Origin: Amoeboaphelidium protococcarum X5
Lineage: Eukaryota; Fungi; Aphelidiomycota
Length of the DNA stretch: 64,000 nucleotides
Direction: 5' to 3'
NCBI GenBank assembly: GCA_023515725.1
Contig: JALDTO010000179.1
Location: 454,053-518,052 of the forward strand
Of the stretch, positions 14,532 to 27,475 are shown piece after piece. Made by a program: the position numbers and the translations under genes. The notes under the pieces are model-generated. The model did not search any database. It was not told where the DNA came from and saw nothing but the letters and a program-made list of their open reading frames with translations. Positions within the stretch are counted from its first letter, which is position 1, and each line of letters opens with the position of its first letter.

Positions 14532-15926
14532 TCAAATTAGATCACCCCACTGCTGATTGTTGTAATTGCCGCCCTGAGACTAAGCTTACTACTGTGACGG
14601 CGACGGCTGTCCAAACGAAGCTGGACGTTACTACTACTACTACTACTACTACTACTATTAACCAAACAGCTACTAGTTGTTTTGAGTAGTCTATTGCTAA
14701 GCTCTGGACTAATTACCAAATGACCCCAGCTAAGAGAATGGATCAATGCTAGAAAATGCATTACCACCACCGCTACTGCCGCCACCAACACCCATGACTG
14801 GAGCAGAGTTATTACTGACTTAAGAATTTGGACTAGTATGGGTGGAAGAGTACATTGACAAGATATTCGACTTTACATCTCCAGTGCTCTTATTCTGCAT
14901 TCCATTAGTGCTTTAACCATTCATAGCAGACATACCCAGCTAGTTTCCAAATCCAGACGTGCTATTATTGTTGGTAGTAGTAGTATTGGGATACTGAATG
15001 TCGAAATTTCCAAAAGATTACGTGTTATTCCCAAATCCACTAGCAGCACTCACAGAGGGCGGAGCAGCAAAGGAGATACCAGCGAAATCAGCAAAGTTAC
15101 TACTATTGTTATTCGCAGCCGGTTTACTCTGCATAAAATTGTTCACTTGGTTGCTTTACTACTGAGCAGGCGCAAAAGACTACTAAGGTTGTTGGTACTA
15201 CACAGCTGGCTACTACCTCGGCTGTTGAGGTTCAAATGAGTTTAAGCCAAGTAGATCAAATTGCTATTACTGCTGTTACTGCTGCACTTATTAGTTTAAG
15301 ACTGATGAGTTCTATTACACCGGCTACTAACTTTTAAAAGGAGCAGCACTATTTCCATAAATAGATCCTTGCTAAGGTTGAGAATACGCAGATTAAACTG
15401 ATACACCAGCAGAAGCAGCTTAAGGGACTTGCTGCTAATGAATAGTACCGCGTTGCTCCGTCACAGCACTTTTCTACTACTGCTATTACTACTACTTTGC
15501 CGAACCATCAAGTACAGAAGGATCCTCAGGAATAGGTCCAGACATTACAAACTTCTTGTATTCATACTTTTAGCGAATAAAGCTCTCCATTCGACTATCA
15601 TCAGGCGTATGATTAGGACCCAGCGAGTGCTCCCAATACTTATTCGCTCTGGCATTACCCCACTTAAGCATATTGTCGATGTGATCCTGAGTCCATGTAT
15701 CCAAATCCACAGACCTCACCTTAGATATGTGCACACCCAATGATCGATGAATACCTGAACATCTCAGACAGATAAAAATACCCAAATTAGCACTAGCCCA
15801 GCGAGGATCACGCTTCTTACAGTCAGCACAAATCTTATTATCCGGCTATTGTAGTAAATCTTTCAAAATCTTTAAATGCTTCTCCACTGTCTTCTTGTCC
15901 GATGTCCGCTCAAATCTGTTAGACAT
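14532..15926 (-). CDS. ArfGAP (SMAP/Age2-like) with Q/N-rich low-complexity tail, 464 aa
   Basis: CADCKKRDPRWASANLGIFICLRCSGIHRSLGVHISKVRSVDLDTW; FIRQKYE; poly-Gln built from TAG/TAA codons. Confidence 0.9.
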
Positions 15927-16197
15927 TTTCTATTCTTCTTTTATTATTCCTGTATTCTCTTTAGGTGCAACTGTAAAAATAATAATCAGCTAGTCAGTTT
16001 AACTTTATGAAGGAAACAAAAAAAGGAACAAAGAGCGACGGAAAATAGATTTTCTTGAATTAACCCGAACAGTCAACAGCTTTAACTGTTACTCTAGTTG
16101 CTCAATAAGACCAGCCGGCCCACTTAAAAAGTGAATAAATATAGATTTCAAAATTTCGATGCAACTCAAGTAGATCATATTGCAATTCTTATAAACA

Positions 16198-17874
16198 TCA
16201 CGACATTTTGCGCTTCTTTCTCTTTCGCTAAGTTTACTTTTAGGATGAGGCTCTACGTGAAGAATCAACCTGAAAGTTTTCCAAATCCATCGTCTGTTTC
16301 AGCGCGCTCATGATGATTAGCTCTTTAGAATAGATACTATCCTACCATCCTGCATCACGCGCCTCTCTTACATACTGACTTTGAGTTGAATCAGTGATGA
16401 GTAATACATTAGGCCTCCTAGGCATTGGTAAAACTTGCAAGACTTCACCGCCTGAAGCCAAAATCACCTCTTCGCAATTACTGTACGCGGAATCTTCAAC
16501 ATCCAGCACAAATTGATATCCGTTCATAAATCCACTCTAACATTGCAATCCCTTCTCAATAGATTCCTGAAGAACGAAATCATTATCCTTCTCAAACTGC
16601 ACGTCTCTAAGTTAATATTCCACCGGATTTAAAAGTTCGCCGTCCTTAACCGAGTCTGTTAACCACTTATCTGATAGAATTTGAACTCCCTTGCTAATTG
16701 CACACAGAAAACGCGGTGTTCTATAAATTTTATTAGTCACCAGATAATCAGCCAACGATAAATCTTGTTCTATCGATATGCCAAGACTCTATAATGCCAC
16801 CTTATCCTTATCGCTGAGTTCAATTTTAGTTAAGGATATTTTGTACTTGACATCAGATGCTGCTTGAGGTTGAGGAGCTATAGGTTGAGACAATTTTCTA
16901 GTAGCTCTCCGTTAACTCTTGGTAGATTTCTGCGGTTTATCTCGTTTCGCCTCCTCCACTTTATCATCGTGCGTAACATCCTTCTGCTTGGATGTGTTTG
17001 CTTTCACAGCATCAGCAGATTTCTTACGCGTAACATCTTTACCTTTTACAGATGCTTTCTTCTTTTTCTATTTATTGCCAGCTTTCAACAATTTCTTATC
17101 CTCCTCCTATTTCAAATCAGAGTCGAGCATCGGTTCTAGCAGAGAATCTTGTGTCGCTGGCATGGCAAAGTTGGGATTTTGCGTCAGGTGCAAGTGAGGG
17201 ACAATCTTCTCCTCTAAATCGTCAATCTAAGCGTCTCCAGGCGTATTTTGAGGTTGACTTTCAGTGGAGCAGACCTGTGATGATTATGAGCGCGCAACCT
17301 CCATCTTCACTTCTGAACTTACTACCATATTGGAATACTATTTACTATCATCTTGTTGAGAATTTGCCACCAACAATACGTTGGAATTTGCTAATGCAGG
17401 AATCTGCTCCTGGACCGAGTAAAATTCTTCGTCATCTCCCAGAGGATCGTCACCTGCCGACACTTTACTCGCATTCTTATTGCTAGAATTAGACTCCATC
17501 TCGGCCAAAGCTTGTTCCATTGATGATGATGCGGAAACTAGTTTAAATTACATCTCCATGCGTCCTAGTCTGAACATATCGCCATCTTTGATTTGATAGT
17601 AACGTTTCGCCTTTTGAGGCTGCACATCCTTGCCAATGTAAGTGCCATTGGTAGAGTTCAGATCTTACAGCCAATAGTTGTGTTCGCATATTTCAATAGC
17701 AGCGTGTAGACTCGAGATATATTCATACTCTAGAACAATATCAGCTTTGCGCCCGAGCGTGACGTATCCATCATACAGAGGAATAGTGACTGCTGGATGT
17801 CCATATTACTCAGCAATAATCAAAACTGCACGAAGCTTCTTCTCCCCATCATCAGCCACTTACTCAACCGTCAT
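16198..17874 (-). CDS. FHA plus tandem BRCT DNA-damage mediator (MDC1-like), 558 aa
   Basis: FHA motifs TLGR...ISSLHAAI...QDLNSTNGTY; BRCT motifs YLVTNKIYRTPRFLCAISKG..ILSDKWL and VILASGGEVL. Confidence 0.8.
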
Positions 17875-18170
17875 ATTTCTGACACTGTACACTTTTGAAG
17901 TCGATATAGAACGTTAGCGAGGCAATAAAATTACACCGGAAAGCCGTTGTACAAGTACAGTATGAGTGACAAGCGTCAAGAGAGAGACGAGACGCAATTT
18001 CTGAAACAAGCTGAAACAATATTGCAACACGTCGATTAGTTTCGCGCTGATTCTACTGTATTTGGTATTAAAGTCACAACTACTAATGATGTCATAACAA
18101 AAAATATCTAACGCGGTATCAAATTTCGGGACAAGAATTTAGAATGAAAATGATATTTTTATCGATAGTA

Positions 18171-18776
18171 TCAATATGTGAAGAGGATTACCATGGTTCC
18201 GATTACCCAAGCTAACCATGATATCTCTTACGTCTTCAACGCGGTATTTGTAGTGGGAGGCCCAATGGAGACATCTAAACATTAGTACATAGCTCCAGAA
18301 CCTGCAGAATATTTGAGCTATATCGTAGCAAATTAGTTCTACTAAACACTGACCAAAATCGCGGGAAACAAATTAGGAAGAGTCCATGAGGAGCCATTGA
18401 CAGGCACTGGGAACGGGATAAGTGCCACGGGAGGCACAATGAATCCCACAGTGTTTGCAGGATACTGTGAAAAGTCGGGATTATTTCCAATGAGGAGCGC
18501 CGCAGTAACATTACCCGCAGCACTTCCGCCGAATACTATACCGCCAATCTCCAACACCGATCTTTCGTATATAGTGACTCGTTTATCAGCGGGGGCAGGC
18601 GATCCACCAACACCACAAGGTACGGACCCGGTACTTCTGCTAAAATAATTCACATCACTCACATTCACGTCTGGATTAAGCATCCGGAACGAGGTGATGT
18701 TCACCGATTGCGCTCTAATCAATGAGATCAAACAGATTAATAATGATATTGTAACAATTCTCACGGTTTCAATCAA
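18171..18776 (-). CDS. Small secreted, probably GPI-anchored protein resembling the Bim1/X325 fold; start uncertain
   Basis: Signal-like VRIVTISLLICLISLIRAQ; PCG motif; FATIQLKY...MYQCLDV; hydrophobic tail then TGA. No in-frame ATG precedes the signal peptide. Confidence 0.55.
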
Positions 18777-19253
18777 GTTTTAAAGTGGGATATAGTCGAA
18801 AAATTACAAGCAACTTCCAAAATATTTTACAATTTGAAATATAATGATGGAAAATAGATGGCTTCAAGTTTAAATCGAAAATGGAGACTCTGCCGATTTA
18901 TATTATTGTTTGCTCATCACCGTAGTCAAATTGCAAAGCATGACTATATCATGAAACAGTCGATACTGAACGAGTAGATCATGCCTTATATTCTAAAACT
19001 ATAAGTCAAAACGCGATTATCCAGCATTTGAATATTATCTGTAGCTCCTGTACCAGATAATATGCAATGCTATTTTGTCTATCAACTCGCAGTTGATATT
19101 AATTGCGGAAATGGTCAAGCGACTGGTCTCTCACTATTTCCTTCTCATAAAATCAGCGATAGACAACCGCGACGGCCAGTCATCATCATTGAGTACTGTA
19201 GTTGTTATTGTTATTATTATTGATTCCTTTTTCATACGTGGTTGTTTAATTAA

Positions 19254-22200
19254 ATGAATTCTAGTAATTATAGTAGCACAGGCTCTAAAAAGTCACATTA
19301 AGGTGCAAGTCATAGAAATTATAATCATCATGGGCATCTTCATTAAGGACAGAAGCCTGGATTCATTGCCGAAATCTCAAAGTCGTCATCTGCTGCTGTG
19401 AATAAGAAATAGAATTACCAAGACCTTCTCAGTTCTATATCTGATTTTACCTCTGAGATTGTCCGCAATAGTATAGTTGATGATAATTAGCTTGGCGATA
19501 ATCAGCTTTAGCACAATGATAAGGATGGACTTGAGTAGCGGATATTGGCGGAGAAGTAATTGTAGCTCTTCTCTGACGGTGGCAGTTAGTAATAATAATA
19601 ATAGTCTACTTTGGATGTGAGACACGCGTTTAAATAAAATGATATCAGTCCGGAGTATAATGTTACTGATGTTGATGTGATATCTGAGCTGATTTAGAAC
19701 AAAATAGAGGAAGGTCATGGGGAATGTGTTCTTGAGTTGGGATCTTCGCAGCATGGTATCATTTTGAATACAGCAGAGCAATTGGAACATTTGATTAAAG
19801 TATACCAATAGGCAGCACAGAAGCTCAGTCTTGTGGCTACGGTGGTTTACAATAAGTAGGAGAATGACCGGTATAGTGCATATCTCTTAATAAGGCACCA
19901 GGTGGACAGTGCTCATGCTGATGCTTCGCATTTGATTGAATTAAGAGTAGCATGTGTGGGTAATGTTGATAGTGGAAAATGCTTTGCTTATGATACCAAA
20001 TTACTCTCGGCTGATTTGAAGCCTATCGCTGTTCAAGATATTAAAGTCGGCGATAATCTTTTTGGTCCTGATGGTAGTATTCGAACAGTCTTGCCAGGAT
20101 CTCTTACCCGTGGAAGTGGTATGCTTTATAGAATTGTACCGTAAGCGCCAAAATTTTCTCCTTTTGTGGTCACTGGTAATCATATTCTGGTATTATAGTT
20201 GCAGGGAGATTCATTATCGTTACGATTTAAGATTACGGTCGTGGAATTTATATCGCTTCCTCATGAACTAAGGTCCAAGCTCCAGCTTATTAAGGCTAAT
20301 TTGAGTTCCTAGTTAGTTGATTATAGAAGCTATAGGGGTTTAGAGAATTGGGTAAGGAACTCTGCCTGTCGGAATGATGTTTTGAAGTGCTTTTAATAAT
20401 GGTTGGCTGGTATGTTCTACTGCTTCTGGTAGAGTAAAAGTCTGTAATTTTTATCCACAGACTGCGCTATTAAGATTAACTTCATAAGGATACTATTGGA
20501 AATATTTTAAAGGGATATTATGCATTAATCTTTAATATAGCTGTCTGACTTGGAGGCTGGAAGTATATTCGATCGTGTAATGAAGATTTGCGCTGAAGAA
20601 GAAAGTCAGCATTTGAGGAATACCTAAATTCTGTATTGGCTAAGAGGTTTACACACCGCATATCTTATTCTTGAAAGGCGGGTATAGTTATAGTAAGCTC
20701 TCTACGGTTAATCATTGTCTGATTTTTGTATTGAGCTGATCGCTGCTCTCGAATCAATAGATCTTTAACATGTGGATAGCGCAATTTATAATCAAAGCGG
20801 CGAGAGTAGGGATTTATATCTCTGTGACTAAAGTTCATTTACAATAGAAGAATTCGGCGAAGGTGCGTATTACGGATTTGAAGTTGATGGCGATCATATG
20901 ATATTGCTTAGCGATTGTACAATTACTCACAATTCTACAACTCTAGGTGTACTGACATCAAGTGACTTGGATGATGGAAGAGGCGCCGCTAGAGTTAAGC
21001 TGTTTAAACACAAGCATGAGATAGATACTGGTAGAACGTCGTCAGTTGGTCTCGAGATAATGGGATTCGATTCTACCGGGAGGCAAGTAGTCAAATAAGC
21101 GGATAACTTTGGTAGAAAGCTCAGTTGGGAAGAGATCAGCCGGCGGGCAGCTAAGATGATATCGTTCATTGACTTGGCCGGACACGAGAGATACCTGAAG
21201 ACCACCGTATTCGGTATGACTGGCTGTATGCCTGATTATGTTATGCTCATGATTGGATCTAATGCTGGTATTATAGGCATGACCAAGGAGCACCTAGGAT
21301 TGGCTCTGGCTTTAAATGTCCCAGTGTTCGTTGTCATCACCAAGATTGATATGTGTCCTGCCAATATTCTGGAATCCACCATCAAGTAGCTGACAAAGAT
21401 TCTCAAGAGCAGCGGGTGTCGAAAGATTCCCATCTTTATCAATTCAATGAGTGATGTCATATCAACTACCAAGACGTTCGTGTCTGAGCGCGTATGTCCT
21501 ATATTTCAGATTAGCAATGTCAGTGGTGTTGGCGTTGATTTGCTTAGGAGTTTTATCAATCTTCTCCCAGTGTACAAGTAATTTGATCCAAAGAAGTCTG
21601 TTCATATCCAGATCACAGAGTCATTCAGCGTCCCAGGTGTTGGCTGCGTTGTATCTGGTGTTCTATTGAATGGTACCGTGCGTGTTGGTGATTCCCTCCA
21701 GCTTGGTCCTGATAGCAATGGACATTTTATACCGGCGCAAATTAAATCTATTCACATTAAGCGGCTCAACGTACCATATGCGAGTGCTGGTTAGACTGCA
21801 TGCTTTGCCCTTAAGAAGATCAAGCGTAGCTACTTGCGAAAAGGCATGGTGTTATTAGGAAGAGATGTGAAGCCTGAGGCTGTGCAGGTATTCGAGGCTG
21901 AAGTTCTGGTACTGTATCACAGTTCAACTATCGGCAAGTGTTACTAGACTATGGTTCATGTGGGAAATGTGCGGTAAGCGGCGTACGTACTATCTATAAC
22001 GCCATAAAAATAGATACTTGAGAGTGGTAGTGGTGGTGGCGAACTAGCAAAATCTGGCTCTGCTGATAACTTGGCTAATTAATCTTAATCTGTTGGTGTT
22101 GATACTTCTTAAAGCCTGGCTGAGAGAAATGTTATCAGAACAGGTGACAGGGCTCTTGTTAAGTTTCGCTTCATGAAGTATCCAGAATATATACAAGTTG

Positions 22201-22268
22201 GCTAGCGTTTGCTATTCAGAGAAGGTAGAACTAAAGGAGTTGGTAAAATAACTAGATTATTGGCGTGA
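19254..22268 (+). CDS. GTPBP1: GTPBP1-like translational GTPase precursor, 1004 aa including a 318-aa intein (686 aa after splicing)
   Basis: [11 protein letters not shown]; [13 protein letters not shown]|[36 protein letters not shown]; [20 protein letters not shown]; TKID; [13 protein letters not shown]. Confidence 0.95.
19980..20933 (+). mobile_element. Intein, 318 aa, with a degenerate LAGLIDADG-like centre, inserted in the GTPBP1 Walker A motif (GK|S)
   Basis: In frame with no TGA. Block [33 protein letters not shown]; block [12 protein letters not shown] (TxxH); block [17 protein letters not shown]; block G ITHN followed by Ser+1. Confidence 0.95.
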
Positions 22269-22406
22269 TTGTGCTCTCACCAAGCTTATGTACATGTATC
22301 ATTGCACTCAGGACTTCATAAAACTATTCAAATAAAAAATGAAATTGCTGTATGAATGAGTTTACTACTATCAGATTATATTTATCATGCGTTAAAAGCA
22401 TCGAGA

Positions 22407-23042
22407 TCACTTGTGCTTCAACTTCTTGATGTAGAATTCCAACTCCTTACCTTCAAGAATGTAGCCATCACAACGACCAGTCTAACCAGGACGGCTAGAG
22501 ATACATGCAAGCAATCTACCGGCGACAAATTGATCATCGATAGCAGCCTCAACGTGAGCATCATCCTTACGCGACTCAATCTTGCGCTTGACGTGGCTCG
22601 ACTGCTTCTTCTAATCTGCACCGTCCTGCTTTGACTCCTCAGCAGCAGCAGCAGCGGCCTGTGCTCTCTTCTTCTTACCCAAAACCTCACCATAATGAGC
22701 CTCCCACCACTGACGGAATGGAGCGGCATCAATCTGCACGATGGCATTCTTCACCAAAGTCTTGGTACGCACCAACTCGTTATTGGAAGCGTTATAAACA
22801 ACATCGATAATACGCGTCTTACGAGTAATTGCCTCTGATCCCCAAGAGAAGTTTCCAGTCTCCAGACGCAGTGCACGGTGCTTGGTATTTCCACCCATGG
22901 TACGGACAGTGTGCACTTTACGAGCACCCAGCTTGGTCATTGCCGGCTGACGTCCCAATTCAAACTTACGCTTCTTGCGGTATGCGGCGCGCTTAGCACC
23001 AGTTGCGGATCGCTTGTGGCGACTATCTCTAGAAATTCCCAT
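22407..23042 (-). CDS. RPS8: 40S ribosomal protein S8 (eS8), 211 aa
   Basis: [18 protein letters not shown] ... SRPG(TAG=Q)[17 protein letters not shown]; TGA at 22407. Confidence 0.97.
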
Positions 23043-23349
23043 ATTGTACTATTAAGTTACTTCTCAAAATAACAATAATGAGGATAGCTGAATTGATGAT
23101 GATCCACGAAAAGATTAAAATGATAGCCGTTTTCGCCTTTCGGTTATTTTCGGTTGCTGATTGGGGACGCGCCTTGGAGCTTCTTTTACGCCACACGCTC
23201 CAAAAGGAAAGTTAGAAAAGTGTCACGCCCCGAAATGGACTAACATTGCTCGCTATGAAAACTTATTAGATGAATGACCGCTATTTTGTTATCGCATCAA
23301 TAAAATGAAGATAATGAAAAATTGCTAATTAATTGACTGATTATTGCGT

Positions 23350-24495
23350 TTAATGGAATACAGTGTGATGCGTGCTGTCTTCATGCACAGACATCTCGTA
23401 CTTTTTGAACTGATTCAACTCTGAGCGTATTTCATCCCGCAACTGAGGAGTCAGCTTCTTGAAAGTCAGATCATTGCCAGGCTTACGGTTATAGTACACC
23501 TTTGAATGTGTCTCTATAATTCGCGTGTCATCATCTTTAAACTGAATACTCTTGACACTTCCAGACTGTTTCATCTGATTCATTTACGGTTCAGGCAATT
23601 GCTGTGATTACGCGTCAGTATCTACCAGCAGCAGATGTAAATTAGGAGAAGAATGAGTTGTTAGAGTCTGACCAAGCAGCAATTTAACTTGATTTTTAGC
23701 CTCTTACTCTTGCGGCTCAATCTTGGACGATTTTACAACTTCCCCAGTCTGAGTGTCAACAGTAGAGACACTAGACTTGCTACCGCTATTAGCATCTCGC
23801 TTCTTTAAAATAGATTTTGGCGGCGCAGTAACCAGCTGATTGATGTTGTCCATTGACGCTGATTTACCTGGTGCACCTGTGTCGGGCTTTGAGTTGGATT
23901 ACACTTCACCAGTGCCACCGTTACCACTACCTTTCATCATGTACCTCTTCAGTGCCTCTTTTCTCAGACTACTAGAGAGTGCATCAAAGATGGCCAAATT
24001 TGTAAAGCTTGAAGTTAGGCTTCCTTTACTGTTTGACCCTGAGCCAGCATTAACTGCATTTTTTTGTGAACTGTTCTAAGCAGATTATGGTGACGGAGAG
24101 TTATCTTTAGACTTGGCTTGAGATTTATTATCCGTACTCTTGCCAGGTAACTTTCTAAAGCCAGACACAAATTTTTAGGACCAACTATGCTTTGTCTAAG
24201 TAGCAGGCTACTCGCCATCAGCAAGTGCATCAGCATCGACAGTGGCCTCCCCAGAGTCGGATATGAAAGACGCGTCTGACACGTCATCTTCACTCATATC
24301 TGACATACTTGCCTAGCTGATGGCATTTTTAACTTTTGCAAATGAGCTCAGATCAAGAGATACGTTAGAATCATTATCATCGTTATCTGTAATAGATTAT
24401 GCTTGATCAATCTTTGTTGCCACATCTTAACTTTAAATCATTGGAGAATCGCTGACATCTTGAGTCATTGCACAGCCATCTTATAATGAAGCCAT
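23350..24495 (-). CDS. PP1 regulatory subunit with Phactr/Bni4-type C-terminal domain; 3' end ambiguous
   Basis: SILK motif PPKSILKK, RVxF motif KSIQF, then YNRK..LTPQLRDEIRSELNQFKKYEMSVHEDSTHHTVFH followed by TAA. Confidence 0.75.
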
Positions 24496-24753
24496 TTTTG
24501 TGATATTTTAGTGTTTAAAGTAAAACAAGTAGATACTGTAGATAAAAAAGCGGGATAAATTATAGAATGGTCTAATGGTTAATATTAAACCTGAAAACAC
24601 TTGCTTTAATGATCACCCAATCACGGACACTCTCAACAATCAAGATTTCTTATTAAGATAAGTTTACTGATATGCTTCATTGTAGTAACAAATAAATTTT
24701 ATTCAATTATAGATCTTAAGATTAAGAATTACGTATTTAAATACTTATACTAA

Positions 24754-26312
24754 TCACATTGGATCATTGGCATGTTCATGATATCTATCTTGAGGGAGAG
24801 AGCCATGTTTACCATACCAGATACCACACGCGTTGCACAATGTCTTTGAACCACCAGGACCTTTTCTCAATGTTGGTGTAAATTTGCCGCTCAACAGACA
24901 CCAACTGCAGCGCCACTTGGAACGGAACTCACCAACCTCGAGTGATCCATCAGCGTTAAATTTCTGAGCACTAGCGCCAAAGCCGCGATGTCCTTTAGGC
25001 GGACTTGAACCAAGTTGACCAAGCAATGCATTCTACTTGATAGTCTCTTCCATCTTCTTCAACACCAAAGCCTCCTCCTCAGGAGTTGGCTTATAATTAC
25101 GATATGGAACTTTTGATGTGGAGGCGCCCTGCTTCGGTAATGGTGCTGGCTGCTGTGTTCTCTGATACACTGCACCTGGTATATTTGCAATGCCAAAGTT
25201 GTACTACTGATTGACTATACCTGCACTGTTAAATGATGGCATGCCAGCATTATTTTATTAAAATACATTACTCTATCGCTGCTACTACTACTAAGATTAT
25301 TGAAATCTTCTGCTAAATCTACTAGACTCCTACGTGTCATTGTCGTAACCATGGCGATTAAGCACTATAAAATTACCCTCATTCTTCTATGATCTTCTTA
25401 ATCTTCTACTAGTCCTATCAAGCTCCTTCTCACGACGCTCCAACTCTTCAGGATCAAGAAATTCCAACTATGGTCCATAATCCTCACTATCGACGCGGAA
25501 TGGCATAATGGTGGAAGTTTTAGAGTCCACAGGCAAAGAATCCATTTTAAGCACATCATCAAAGTTGATTCTAGCATAACAAATCTACTCCCTAATCTAA
25601 TGTGCAACGCTGGACACCCACTCCCCGCCAATACCCAATTCCTCACAAAGACGCTTGGCAAAGCTCTCCGGAGTGTCAACAGACGGATCAGTGCTGGCCT
25701 CATCATTAACAGGATAGTTCTATGGAGTCAGCGGCCACTCAAATTGATCATTCAAATGTACATCACCCACTTGCATATCCAGCTTAATAATAGTACGCCA
25801 CTCAGACTCTTGATGCAGATCTTCAATATTCGGATCATCGACAGCGAATACTTGATCTTCATAATCACCAACAGTGCCCTGCCAAGCCTCACACTACTAT
25901 CTAATGGAGTTTGCAATTTAATAAGCAACTTGGTTATAAGAGTGATGGTGGTGCTCAACGAGATCATCTATAAGCAGCTGAGCAAATTGCTCTGGTGTCA
26001 TCAGATTCTCATATAAATTCCATGTAAAGCAATCTCTAATTTTCAAGCCATCCACTTCAATGTCGAGTCTAACAGGTACAAGCTTGACAGGATAATCATT
26101 TCGCTCCAGAGATATCGTTAGATTGTTCTCTCTACATACAACAAAACCTTAAGTCATTATATTTCATAAAATGATACTATACATCATCATCATCATCAGA
26201 CTTACAATCTAGCAAAATTTCCCTTTCGAAATTTGTTGGTGTTGTATGCAATAGACTACTATTATGTCCGCGTCGGACCCAATGAACTATCTTTCGAGGC
26301 AAATAAACTCAT
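24754..26312 (-). CDS. SFH1: SNF5/Sfh1-family chromatin remodeller subunit with C-terminal GATA zinc finger; intron 26132..26205
   Basis: LVPVRLDIEVDGLKIRDCFTWNL, DQFEWPL, TPESFAKRLCEELG; C-x2-C-x20-C-x2-C finger; the GTAAGT..TAG intron restores frame to ATG 26312. Confidence 0.8.
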
Positions 26313-26639
26313 AATTTTTACAATCTCTTAATGCTATAGAGCAGATTCAATCGAAAACAGATCTTGGACACTTTTATAACAAATTTAACGAACGTTAAGC
26401 TTATCGGCTTAAGGAGTTTGGCGCCGCTTCTTCTTGTCGATGAAAACCTTCTAGCTGGGCGAGACGAGAAAGAAATGGAACAAGCGGTACAAACGGCAAC
26501 ACTTACTGGGCAGAACTTATAAAATTTACACGAGGCAATACGAGATGTTTTGTTACAATAATACTTTACTGAGAGGATTTATCTCCTAATAAAAAAAATT
26601 AATTTTAAAACCACAATCCTCTATATGAACGCTTAACAT

Positions 26640-27347
26640 TCACTAAAACAACATCTTCAAGCGGTCAATGCATGCCGTGATAGAATCAACGGCTGGTCTC
26701 ACGTCAACATGCATCACAGCTTCATCTTCATTCCCGGATTGCGCAGGCTCTGTGGAATCACCTTCATAATAATCAATAACGTACCGCACCTCACGACCAC
26801 AGCGATCAATGATCCAATCGTGGCGATCAAACGGTCGAGGCGCCAATCCCAAGTTATAATAGAACCAGGCGCGAGGAGACAATTAATTCGGCTTACCACT
26901 AAATCTTAGCAATCTAGGACCGGTGGGACACTCCTTGCAATGCATAGACTCCCATCGCTCTATCTCCTTCCACGTTCGCTCGTTAATCTCATTATGGATA
27001 GATACAATCATGGAAACGTCACGCTCATCGGTCGGCTTTCCTTTACGGTGCAGAGCATTGTAAAATTACTGGTCACTTGGATATACCCAATTACTTTCTT
27101 CAACAGCATTTCCGCTATCATTGGGGCCGTCTTTGGAGGCGCGAGGTATGGATGATATCTGACGACTTGTATCCAACTTTGTTTCCTGATCCGGCGCAGG
27201 TGATTGAGGTAGATCAGGCATCATATTATCATGCCTCACAGGGCACACAGCAGCATTAGACTATTTCCGCTCTTTTCCAGCAGACATTGGACACTCTCCA
27301 ATTGGTTGTGCATTGTTATTGTCAGTTTTTGACTATGTCGTCACCAT
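26640..27347 (-). CDS. HCCS: Holocytochrome c/c1 synthase (heme lyase), 235 aa
   Basis: CPM/CPV heme-regulatory motifs, [36 protein letters not shown]; ends TAG TGA. Confidence 0.9.
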
Positions 27348-27475
27348 TTTTTTATCATAATATAATGCAGTTTAAGAATGAGAAAAAGCATAAAAACGTA
27401 ACGGCCAAATAAGACAACACGGAAATGATAATAATAATAATAATAATAATCACCTATATATATTTCGTTGCAACT

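Noticed and set aside
20141-20460. Spliceosomal intron inside the GTPBP1 insert (GTAAG at 20141, CAG at 20458-20460)
   Set aside because: Removing 320 nt would shift the frame and delete intein block B; the insert is open throughout
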